A stretch of DNA of 64,000 nt from Octopus sinensis (taxonomy: Eukaryota), in NCBI RefSeq assembly GCF_006345805.1, contig NC_043003.1, positions 65,100,001 to 65,164,000 of the forward strand, in the 5' to 3' direction. A model generated the notes under the pieces. It saw only the letters and a list, made by a program, of their open reading frames with translations, had not been told where the DNA came from and ran no database searches. The position numbers and the translations under genes were made by a program. This document shows positions 52,837-64,000 of this stretch, piece by piece (position 1 is the stretch's first letter; each line of letters starts with the position of its first letter).

Positions 52837-53903
52837 CATATATATGTGTATATATATATACTCATATATACACAGACACAGACAGACGCGCACCCACACA
52901 TATATATATTTATATACATACATATATATGAACTATTTTTTTATATTATTATTATTATTATTATTATCATTATTATTACTATATTAGGAGTTTGTCAAGA
53001 TTGAGGAAATTCCGGTGAATGACTGCTGCTTGCTTAATTTCTTCGGTGTTGGTAGATAATTACAAAACACAAACACGAATATGATGAATAACAACAAAAC
53101 ATGTTATTCACTGACTTTAATACCATACAAGAAATACGGACGTAATTATTCAACGCGAAAAGGAAACGGGGAATTGAATCGTCAGAACACAGAGTTTTCT
53201 GTTTTTATTATGTAATTTTATAGATTTGTTTCTCACCAATTAAGCGAATACGGAAGTGCTTCTTCATATGTTTTAATTAAATGTTGAAGGAAACCAATAT
53301 AAGATGTGCTATTAGCTGTAAAATCGATGTCTGTATTCAGTAAAGTAGGATATTCAACCGGGGAGATTTGGCAGATATTTCTGACCATACATAACCTTCT
53401 TTTGTAAAAAGAAGAAGAAAAAAAAAATAATGTTGCAGGAGAGACAAGTAATTAAAATTTAGTTGTGTTTTATTTGACAATCTTATATTTTCGACAATTA
53501 TTACTCACTAATTACTATCTATTTACAAGTGCTATCAGAATATTAATTGGTTCGTTTTCTTCTAGTTTTAACATTAAATCTAAAAGGTCGTTGTTACTAT
53601 ATTTCGACCAGTGTAAAAATGAGGGGCTTTGTGTGTGTGTATGTGTGTGTGTTTTTGTGTTGTCCTCTTTGCATATTTTACTTGTATTCGGTCTTATTCT
53701 TGCACTTTTGTACCGTTCCCTTTCTCTCTCTTTCATATATACACAAATGTGTGTATGTGTATGTTGTGTGTATATATGTGTGTGTGCGTGCATATATATA
53801 TATAGTTGAAATTTACAAAAAAACAAAAAACAAACAAAAGACGAAGGTGGGTGTGTAAACAACAAACATATCTATTAGTTTAAGGCGCGAGAAGTGAGAG
53901 AGT

Positions 53904-53939
53904 CTTTTACGTTTCGCGCCTACGCTCTTGAACAGAAAG
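53904..53939 (-). ncRNA. Degenerate minimal hammerhead related to the 29317/56167 family
   Basis: CTTT-CTGttcA-A-GAGC-GTAG-GCgC-GAAA-CG-TA-AAAG: helix I pairs (CUUU/AAAG) but the core is mutated. Confidence 0.4.
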
Positions 53940-54312
53940 GAACACGAGAAAATAAAATAATGGTTTAGTGGTTAGTGATCAATCATGGCGAATGAGATAT
54001 ATATATATATACATGTGCGATTATGCTTGTGTATGTGTATGCATGTATATATATAATATAAATAAATATATTTGGAATACATATATATATATAAATAAAT
54101 ATACTTGGAATACAAAATGACTGATCGTTATTAAGGAGGGACACAAAAAAGAAAGAAGACAGCAAAGGACCACGGATGAGGTCACAGATATGTAACGAAA
54201 AAAATCTCTGGCCGAAATACAATTAACATAAAATAAATTTGAAGCAAGTGAACACCAATATATAGTGCGTGTGTTTTCATTGGCTAAACTGGCAGCATGA
54301 CCGTCCCCAAAT

Positions 54313-54363
<51 letters not shown>

Positions 54364-55312
54364 TATAATATATATATAATTATATATATATAATATATAT
54401 ATATATATACTATATATATATATATATAAATATATAATATATATATATTGTATGCATGTATGTATGTATGTATGTATGTATGCATGTATGTATGTTCGTA
54501 TATATGTACGTTTGCTTTTTCTAATTCTTCCTTTCGTCTCTATCTCCATAGCTGGTCAAAGCCGTTGGGTGGGAGATTCTGGACTTGACAAAAATATATT
54601 CAATTTCCTTGGTGATATAGCACTTTTCCCGTACCTTGAGTCTGTAGAACTGACAAACTACAGCCGGCGGTGCATTAGCAGCAGCAGCAGCAGCAGTCAC
54701 TGTAGAAGTGAAGATTATCCCTCTTTCGCCCTCTTATTATATCTGCTGTTCATGCCTGTGGCTTGCTTTCCTCTTTTGATTACCCTGTGGTGCTGGTAGA
54801 AAGCTGTCAAATATCTTTACCCCCGAGTAAGCCTTGCGGTTTTTTCGAGATCTTGTAGATTTGAATATGTTTGCGGGCACCAATTAAACATATGTTCTTG
54901 CGTGCAACCGCCACGGTCTCCAACTGCCCGCACTGTGCATTAAAACAAAGAAAACGACAGACAAAGAGCCGACGTTTGTATCAATGTCTTTCACTTCCAC
55001 GCTATTATTTCGTCACCCGATATTTTGCTACATCATTTTGTGTTTAATTCAAGAAGAAAATTACTGAACATTGTCGAAGAGAAAATAAACGCTGTAACAA
55101 TTCGAATGATGCCTTACTTTACTCTGTACAAAGACATAAAACCTAAAGAAAGGCAAGCATATGTTTTTTTTATCACGTTAATTAAAATACATGGTAACTA
55201 AAAGTACAGGCTTCTAAGTTTACCTTACATTTATATCCTAACTCTATGTAGTACTGCTCTAAATACGCAAGCACACATGCGTACAATGATATATATATAT
55301 ATATTATATATA

Positions 55313-55367
<55 letters not shown>

Positions 55368-55850
55368 TGTGTGTGTATGTGTGTGTGTATGTGTGTGTGT
55401 GTATGTGTGTGTATGGAAAAAGTCAAGGTAGAAAATGCTAAAATAATTTTATAAAAAACATCATTTTAGTAACGGTTTCGGTCATTGAGTCTTTTCAACT
55501 CTAAGTATGGAAAAAACTAAATTTTGGAAAAATTAAATAAAAAAGTTTTTAAAAGAATATTTGCATAGTATTCAAATACAAGGGGCATTTTCCTTGTTTC
55601 TGTCTGTCTCTGTCTGAGTATGTATACTCAAATGTATTGGGTGAATACACACACGTGTATGAGTGGTACAGATTAGCGGGTGGAAAAGCAGGTAACTTCA
55701 TATGTGAATATATATAACCATATAGAAACAAATTAGCAATTGAGCAACTGAGCAAATTGGTAACAAAGTGAGTGGATGTACAGGTATATATATATATATA
55801 AATAATATATAGATATATGCATATATAGATGCATATATGTACATAACTAC

Positions 55851-55881
<31 letters not shown>

Positions 55882-56127
55882 CATGCATATATGGGTACAG
55901 GACATCAAAAAGCGTTGAACACAATGAGAAAGGAAAACATAAAAACAAAAACATAGAAACGAACTCTTTTTCGAACAACAAAAAAAACAAACAAACAGAG
56001 AAACGAGACATATAACATAAAGAATATTCCCCTTCTTCAGTTATCCCTGTTTCATCTACTCCACGTTCCGGAGGCAATATATATATATATATAAATGTGA
56101 TCGCGTGTGTACCGTTGGCGATTTTTT

Positions 56128-56303
56128 TCCTCCGTCTTCCCTTCTCTGGATCTTTCCTTTTCCTATGTTTCTGACGAAGAGCTCCGCTCGAAACGCAAAA
56201 CCCTCCTTCTTCCCTTCCTTCCTGAGCGTCCAAGAATACTATACTTGTTCCACGTCCTCGCGTTGTTGTGTTTTCTCTTTGTGTTTTCATGTTTGGATTA
56301 ACT
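56128..56303 (+). mobile_element. ~170-bp dispersed repeat with minimal hammerhead motif (copy 2)
   Basis: GTTT-CTGACGA-A-GAGC-TCC-GCTC-GAAA-CG-cA-AAAC at 56167-56201; lies between (TA)n tracts. Confidence 0.7.
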
Positions 56304-56327
56304 TTATATTAATATATATATAGATAT

Positions 56328-56372
<45 letters not shown>

Positions 56373-57804
56373 CTTTTATTTGTTTCAATCATTTGTAAGC
56401 CTAGTATTCTATCGATCACTTTTGCGGACCGCTAAGTTATGAGGACGTAAACACAATAACCTTGCAAGCCTTCATATTCTCTGATGTCCACAAACAACCT
56501 CAGAACCGTTCTATGTAATGGACGTTGAAGGAAGGGTATTGAGATTGGTAGTATAGGGCATGAAGCCTAGTCGTGACACATTTAGCAACAGGCATCTGAG
56601 GATTTCAGCTGCTGGGAAATCTATCGTCTTGTGATGGGTGGGAGATATTCGTAAGTGAAAAAGATTCCCCACCACATGCAGGAAAAAAAAACTGGAGAGG
56701 GTGGGAAAGAGGAGAAATACAATGTGTACAACTAATAAATTCTATAAGAAAACAGCCAAAATCTTTGAGCTGATCCCCAATTCTTTAGAATAAGGCCAAG
56801 AAATACCTTTATGGGATTTACAGTTGACTCAGTCCTAAATATAAAGTGTAATTCAAGTGAGACGAATATTTCTTTGATGTCTTAAACCAAATAATGCCGG
56901 AATATAGAAATACTTGAAATGACAAACTTAAAAATATAGTACGATGTATTGAAGCAGACTGAAATATTGCTCATGGGAAAATTATTGATGGGAACCCATG
57001 GGTACATACACTGTAGTGATAAAACTGGCAAGTAGACAATGACGATGACGACTGCTCCAAGCTGGCCTAACCAGGAGTTTTTCAATCGTTGTCTGTGTAG
57101 ATAGCCCAAATGCAGATTCCTTTAACACAGTTTGTCCGTGATGGGAAATATGTTATCAAGGGCGAGAGAATCTCTTTTCAGACGAATTTGAACATCCTGT
57201 GTATTTATCTTTTAAATTAGACATCTTTTAATGTTTTCTTTTTTTGTTTCATACTAAATAAAACCCTTATTTTTTTTTTGCACTCTTTTTTCTTCTTTTC
57301 TTATTTTTACTTTTCGAAAAATGTATTCTCCATCGGTTGCTTTTTATAGATTTTTATTAAATGTATTCACTTATCCTTAAACATTTTTTTAAAGTGCTAC
57401 CATTGTATGGAGGATCCTGACTCACCTCTTTCGTTCATATTTGAACTTGTTTGTCCTAATCCACACGATTTACAAATTCCCTTATCGATTCATATTTCAT
57501 GTGAATGAATCAACTGAATGGAATTGCACTCAATAACAGAATAAAATATTATTTTAATCATTCTTGTAATATTTCTCATATATTTTGCAAAATTTTTGAA
57601 TGGAGAATTGTCTAAACGTGTTGCAGTATAGAGAGACTTAACAACTGTATAAACTACACATTTAGACAACTTACTCTATTAGCCTCGAGCGTCGTAATCT
57701 TCACCACACATCTAGTCGTCTTAATTTTCTTCTCTCTGATTCTACTTTAAAATTTTCTTTCGTCATTGTTATCGTCAACGGCTCGAAATTAATGCATTTT
57801 CTTC

Positions 57805-58434
57805 AAGGCGGCGAGCTGGCAGAAACGTTAGCACGCCGGGCGAAATGCTTAGGGGTATTTCGTTTGCCGCTACGTTCCGAGTTCAAATTCTGCCGAGGTA
57901 GACTTTGCCTTTCATCCTTTCGGGGTTGATTAAATAAGTACCAGTTACGCACTGGGGTCGATGTAATCGCCTTAATCCCTTTATCTGTCCTTGTTTGTCC
58001 CGTCTATGTTTAGCCCTTGTGGGTAGTAAAGAAATAGGTATTTCATCTGCCACTACGTTCTGAGTTCAAATTCCACTGACGTTGACTTTGCCTTTCATTC
58101 TTTCGGGGGTCCATAAATTAAGTACCAGTTGCATACTGGAGTCTATCTAATCGTCTGCCCCTCCCTCCCCAAAAATGCCGGGCCTTGTGCCAAGAGTAGA
58201 AAAGATTATACTGAATCAAAAAGGCGGCAAGATGGCAGAATCGTTAGCATGCTGGATGAAATTCTTAGCGGTACTTCGCCGTCGCTACGTTCTGAGTTCA
58301 AATTCCGCCGAGGTTGACTTTGCCTTTCATCCTTTCGGTGTCGATAAATTAAGTACCAGTTGCATACTGACGTCGATCTAATCGTCTGTCCTCATCCCCC
58401 AAAATTTCGGCCCTTTCACCTAGAGTAGAAAAAG
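57805..58434 (+). mobile_element. Head-to-tail trimer of S2 SINE units
   Basis: Three S2 central domains; the whole block is flanked by a 17-bp direct repeat ATTAATGCATTTTCTTC (57788-57804, 58435-58451). Confidence 0.88.
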
Positions 58435-59183
58435 ATTAATGCATTTTCTTCCTAAACTTCGTTTCCTTCTCTTCCTCTTTCCTCCGTCTCCTCCCCTTCC
58501 TCCTGCTGCTACTATTAACCATCATTGTAATCATCCTGTTCATCGTCATCATCATCAGCCATGCATCTTCATGTTCAACATGATCCATACATAATCATCT
58601 TCATCGCCATTGTTATTCTTTGTATTTACTCATAAATTCATCATCAACAACATCATCCAAACCTCGTCATAATTATCGTCAGCCGCAGTAATATACATGT
58701 ATCATCATCATCATCCTCAAAACCACCACAACCACTATCATCATCATTTTATCCATCAGCAGCATCACCACCACCACCACCATTAACATCGTTTTACCAT
58801 TTCGTAGTAAAATGTCTTTTTTAAATGGAAACTATATTTAGATTGGCCAATGTTTGCCAACACAAAGGTTGTATTGACTAAATTTACTATATTTTATTTG
58901 AGATGTGCCTTCTCTGTAAACAGGGATTGTACGAGCGTTTGTTTTCCCCAATATCTAATCTCTTAACCTCAATCCTTTTCAAAGTTAAAGGTCGCAATAA
59001 ATACATGATTATAAAACGTGTTCAGGGATACGGATCGAGACAATCGCTAAGCTTATATATCTGTTTATAAACGCATGTACGTACGTATCTCTCTATCGTA
59101 TATCAGTGCCATACATACATACATACATACATACACACACACATACATACATACATACATACATACATACATACATACATACA

Positions 59184-59214
<31 letters not shown>

Positions 59215-59810
59215 TCTGAAATGCGAATAGGGAAAAACCTTGGCGATGGTATATTTTACACAGATCAATAATTGCAGTGTGCTTGAGCTTCTTTGTATCA
59301 TTACGGTTCTCTATGGAGGTGAATGTCAAGGATCACTTATGATTAAATTGAATATTAAAATATAGTTTGGCAATACAGCTTCAAAATAATTGGACGAAGG
59401 AATTTTGTTTGGCATTGAAATGAAATAGAGAGAATACAAATACTGCTAGCATGCGGAAAACAGTGACTTCATCATTTTTATCAGCAACAATGCAAATAAT
59501 AAACAATCGTTTTAAGGCTGTGTGATTATTGGTTATGCATTTGGAAATTTCTTCAGTAATGCACAGACATGGTAAAAGATATTTTTTTTCTTTTTATTGT
59601 CCAGATACTCCACTTATTGTAGATATATATGCAAACGACCTCGCTCCACGCCAGTAATGTGCAAATGGATGGGCCATTGGATGATTTTGCTTTGAGCTGA
59701 AAAATATACTGGGTGGTTATGGCTGGAAGTCTTTGCCTTTTGAACCTTTTGGTGTCAATAAAATAGTGGTTGATAAGTAGGATTTTTTTTATTCCCTGCC
59801 TATTCTTCCT

Positions 59811-59864
<54 letters not shown>

Positions 59865-60869
59865 TAGTCTCTGATTGGAATACATTTCTCAGGAAGATTG
59901 GCTGTGGGAAATCCGTTATGGCACCATATCTGCCTAGTATTGAACAAAAGACTCTACACTGTGGCTAGGGCTAGACCTGTGAGAAATAGTAACGCACCGT
60001 CTTAAAAAAAAGGCGGAAGGATTTTTATGTAAAATAGTTGTGGATATCATTAAGAAAATAATGGTTAAATTTGAAACAACTTTCGTCGTATATCTGCTCA
60101 ATGAAAGCTGATGTGAGTTGACATCATCATCATCAACATTATAATCATTGTCTTCATAAAGAACAGTAACAAAAATATTAATGAAATGAACCTGAATTTG
60201 AAAGAAATATTCATGATGTAAAAGGCAGCGAATTCGTAGTCTCTGGAGATATCGGATTGAATAACATGCAGTATTTGTTCGGGCAGGCTAGTATTCATGT
60301 ACACAAATCCCAAACAAGAGAACTTGACCTTTTATCCTTTCTGGGGACAATAAACAATATACTATTACTAAATGGTAAACTGGGAGAACTTTTAGAGTGT
60401 TGGACGAGAATCCTTGATGTTTCTGTTCTGTATCTTTGAGTTCTGAGCTCAAATTCCAATTCTGAGCTCAAATGGACAGGTAGACCAAAAGCAAGTATTA
60501 ATAACTATACTATAACCTGACAATTACTTATTGAGGTTTTATCCAGCAGTGGATCGATAACGTTTGAATGGAGCAGAGTGATTGCCGGTAAATAGTAAGA
60601 TTTCTACTCAATAACATTACGTTTTTCACTCAATTTGAAGGCAACGTTATTTGCTCCGCTTTGTGAAGTTTTATTACCTCCACCTAAGCGAAGGCAGAGG
60701 TATTGTTTTCAGTCTTGTTTGTTTGTTTGTTTGTCTGTGGACAAGATAAAGAATTTTATTTTTCGTGTCTATAGTCATGAAAGTTAGGTAATGATCGAAA
60801 GAGTATAATCATGAATACATGTGACCGACATGGAATTCTTGTAGAGGATCTGTAGTGTAACGTTACTCG

Positions 60870-61150
60870 ATGAGTAGCTCAGAGATCAGGGACTCTCTCC
60901 CTCAAGAGCCATACTTCTCTTCACTGAAATGTTACAACTCCAGTACTATGGACATGTGATTGTAAAACGGATTCTTCAAACCGATTTAACCAGCAGAAAA
61001 CTGAAGGGTAGTTCAATCATAAGATGGCTGGGTATTATCCATAGTCTTTGTTGTTTACACCTGGGACTCTAGAAAGAAGGTGTAATGTCCGTTACTGCTA
61101 AATATGACGCCATGGAGGAGATGCTTGAAGAGTCTACCCCAACGAATCGC
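60870..61150 (+). mobile_element. Old RTE-like LINE 3' remnant
   Basis: LQLQYYGHVI...RILQ...SRKLKGSSIIRWL resembles an RTE C-terminus. Confidence 0.45.
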
Positions 61151-61224
61151 CTAAGAATAAGGAGTGGAAATGAATGGAAGCTGTGTAACATTCCATCTTA
61201 TATAACGCGTGGGTTTGTTTTTCC

Positions 61225-61395
61225 CTTGATGACCGGAGCTGCTTTGTGTACGTTCCCGTGACCTAGAGGTTTTGAAAAGATACCGATAGAATAAGTAACA
61301 GTCTACAAATAAAGGCTGGGATCAATTTGTCTGACTAAATCCTTCAAGGCATTGTTCCAGCATGTCCGCTGTCCAATGACTGAAAAATGTAAAAT
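61225..61395 (+). mobile_element. SINE S1 3' half, decayed
   Basis: accgatagaataagta...ccagcatg.ccgc.gtccaatgactgaaa. Confidence 0.75.
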
Positions 61396-61424
61396 GTAGA
61401 ACATACGAAACGATGTAGTTTTTA

Positions 61425-61647
61425 TACTCTTTTACTCTTTTACTTGTGTCAGTCATTTGACTGCGGTCATGCTGGAGCACCACCTTTAGTCGAGCAAATC
61501 GACCCCAGAACTTATTCTTTGTAAGCCTAGTACTTATCCTATCGGTTGCCCTTTTGCCGAACCGCTATGTTACGGGGACGTAAACACACCAGCATCAGTT
61601 GTCAAGCGATGCTGGGAGGATAAACACAGACACAACACACACACACA

Positions 61648-61689
<42 letters not shown>

Positions 61690-61690
61690 T

Positions 61691-61743
<53 letters not shown>

Positions 61744-61916
61744 CATATATACGATGGGCCTCTTTCAGTTTCCATCTACCAAATCCACTCACAAGGCTTT
61801 GGTCGGCCCGAGGCTATACTAGAAGACACTTGCCCAAGTTGCCACGCAGTGGGACTGAACCCAGAACCATGTGTTTGGTAAGCAAGCTACTTACCACATA
61901 GCCACTCCTGTGTCTA
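61425..61916 (-). mobile_element. SINE S1, full length
   Basis: Head, internal microsatellite and tail. Confidence 0.9.
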
Positions 61917-62725
61917 TATTATAACTAATATTCTTACAAAAACTAATATTCTTTCATCATCACTATCGCCTCCACCAACGTCACCGCCATCATCATCACT
62001 ATCGCCATCGACACTGCCAACAACTGCCGTCGCTACCACTGCCATCGCCACCACCACCACCACCACCACCATCACCACCACCAACCGACGCTGACGCCAC
62101 TAATACCGTCGTTACCATGTCCACCACCATCATCGTAAACTAAAACCATGGCAACAATAGCAATAACGTTAATAGGAAGAAGAACATGAAGAAATATATA
62201 TTTTCCACCAATAATTACCAAAGAAAATAATAAGCAATCAATTTTCATTTATCAGATCAAGTGATTTTGTTTGTTTTTTTAAAAAAAAAATTTTTAATTC
62301 CTTTTATTTTTGATTTTTTTTTTTTTTGTAATTTCAAATAGCTGAACAAAAATAAGAATTCCCCCTTGAGTAATAGGTTCATCGGTAGCAACATCATCAT
62401 TATCATCATCGTCGTTGTCATCATCATCATCATCTCCATGAAGACTACAAGAAAGCAGGACCTCAAGCACCAGCGGCGACAGCAGCGTTACTACGTCCGA
62501 CATTATTAATAATTGTGTTGCATGAAATATTATTAAAATTGATTTAATTTTGACAAATATTTGATTTGTGTTGTTGCTCATATTTTGGTTTGTTGCTGTT
62601 GTTGTTGGTCGTGTTTTCGCTTGTTATTTCTGTTGTTGCCGCGGTCTTGTGATATTTTCTATTATTGTTACAGATGCTATTATCTTGTTTTTTTTTTCTG
62701 TCAATTTTACGATCGATCTTGTTTC

Positions 62726-63082
62726 TGTTGTTGCTAATTTTAATTTTCTTGATAGCCTCGATAAACTGCTTTTGCTAACTTGAATTATTTCTTTTCGGCT
62801 AGCCGCATTAAGCTGTTGTTGCTAATTTTGATTTTCTTGATAGCCACGATAAGCTGATGTTGTTAATCTTTCTTCGTAGCGCCGCTAAGTTGCTGTCGCT
62901 AATTTTGATTTTATAGTTAGCCACGCTAAACTGTTGAGCTGCTGTTGCTAGCGTTAATTTTTTGCTTTTGCTAACCACATTAAGCTGCTGTCGCTAATTC
63001 TGATTTTCTGGTTGGCCACGATAAGCTCTTGTCAATTTTTTTGTTAGCACCGCTAAGCTGCCGTTGCTAGTTTTTATTTTCA
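62726..63082. repeat. Degenerate ~41-bp minisatellite
   Basis: About 8-9 imperfect units of AAGCTGTTGTTGCTAATTTTGATTTTCTTGATAGCCACGAT. Confidence 0.8.
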
Positions 63083-64000
63083 CACTACACTTGCTCCAGA
63101 TGTGGTTACGAACGATGTTAACGCGACATTGCCTTTAATAGTATGTTTACTACAGCTGTTATTGTTGCAATTCTTGCTGCTATTTTTGCAAAGTCAAGAC
63201 AACGACTGCAATGACGATGATGATGATGAGTTGCAATAGTGTTGCTAACGTTGTCAACCTGTTCTGACAATGCTGTTGCTGATTCAACCAGTTTAGGTGC
63301 GGGTATCGTCACTTCTACTGTTGTTGCTATTGCTGTTATCGCTGTTGTTATCGCCACAGTCGTTGCTATTGTTGCTATTGCTGACGTTGCCGTTACTTGT
63401 GATTTACAAGTCTACTTTTTACCGCTTCCTGTTTGTGTACTGCGGCCATGCTGTGTTGCTATGTTATTGCAACCGCTGTTGTTGTTGTTGTTGTTGTTAC
63501 TAATTGTGTTGCTATTACTGCTGTTGGTTTTCTTGTCAATATTTATATTTTTACTTGTTTTGTTTACTTTTTCATGAAAAGTCATATTTGTTCAAAAAAT
63601 ATTGCTATATTTATTTTTCCTTTGTTAGCCATTTTCTCCCACGTCCTCTTCCCCACTTCCCCTTCCTCCACCCTCTTACTCTCTCCCTCTCTGTCTCATA
63701 TCAGTTTTCATTATTTTATTAAAATATTAAGAAAGAAAGCGATAGAAGTAATACAATTCTATTTGAAAAATGCCTGACAGCATGTCTGCCAAGCTTAATA
63801 GAACAAAAACAAAAAAATAAGGTCAGATATATAGTGTACGAATAATAACTAGTTTTAATAAAGATATTTATAGATTCTACGAATGAAATCGGCAGCTGAC
63901 AAATGGCTTAGGAATACTTTCTACTAGAGTATGTAAGTTCGATCCTAGGTTGCACCAAATGTATCGCTTTTTATAACACTGATACAATTAAGAAATGCCA

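Noticed and set aside
60669-60750. Helentron/DINE-like 5' end (TTATTACCTCC...GAGGT...(GTTT)n)
   Set aside because: Only a short fragment with no matching other end; plausible but not supportable here.

Overview
AT-rich, microsatellite-dense eukaryotic DNA with no intact, confidently identifiable protein-coding gene. The repeat content looks like octopus (coleoid cephalopod) intronic or intergenic sequence; that is my inference from the SINE families and simple-repeat density. The largest element is a near full-length but frameshifted R4/Dong-clade non-LTR retrotransposon (RT + CCHC zinc knuckle + restriction-like endonuclease, ~15.6-19.9 kb). About nine further Dong-type fragments from several subfamilies are almost all embedded in (TAA)n microsatellites in the same polarity. 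Also present are RTE, CR1 and HERO-like LINE remnants, three tRNA-headed SINE families (called S1, S2, S3 here), hAT MITEs, Tc1/mariner remnants, a non-autonomous Helitron and a 5S rRNA pseudogene. Less obvious signals: several dispersed minimal type I hammerhead ribozyme motifs of Penelope-like type, some at inversion pivots; a palindromic tRNA-headed element carrying half a hammerhead core; an RTE copy with twin-priming 5' inversion geometry whose 3' end resembles a SINE tail; and a ~550-bp non-coding element that also sits in TAA repeats. Most ORFs in the supplied track are microsatellite translations. All alignments were done by eye and coordinates of decayed elements are approximate.
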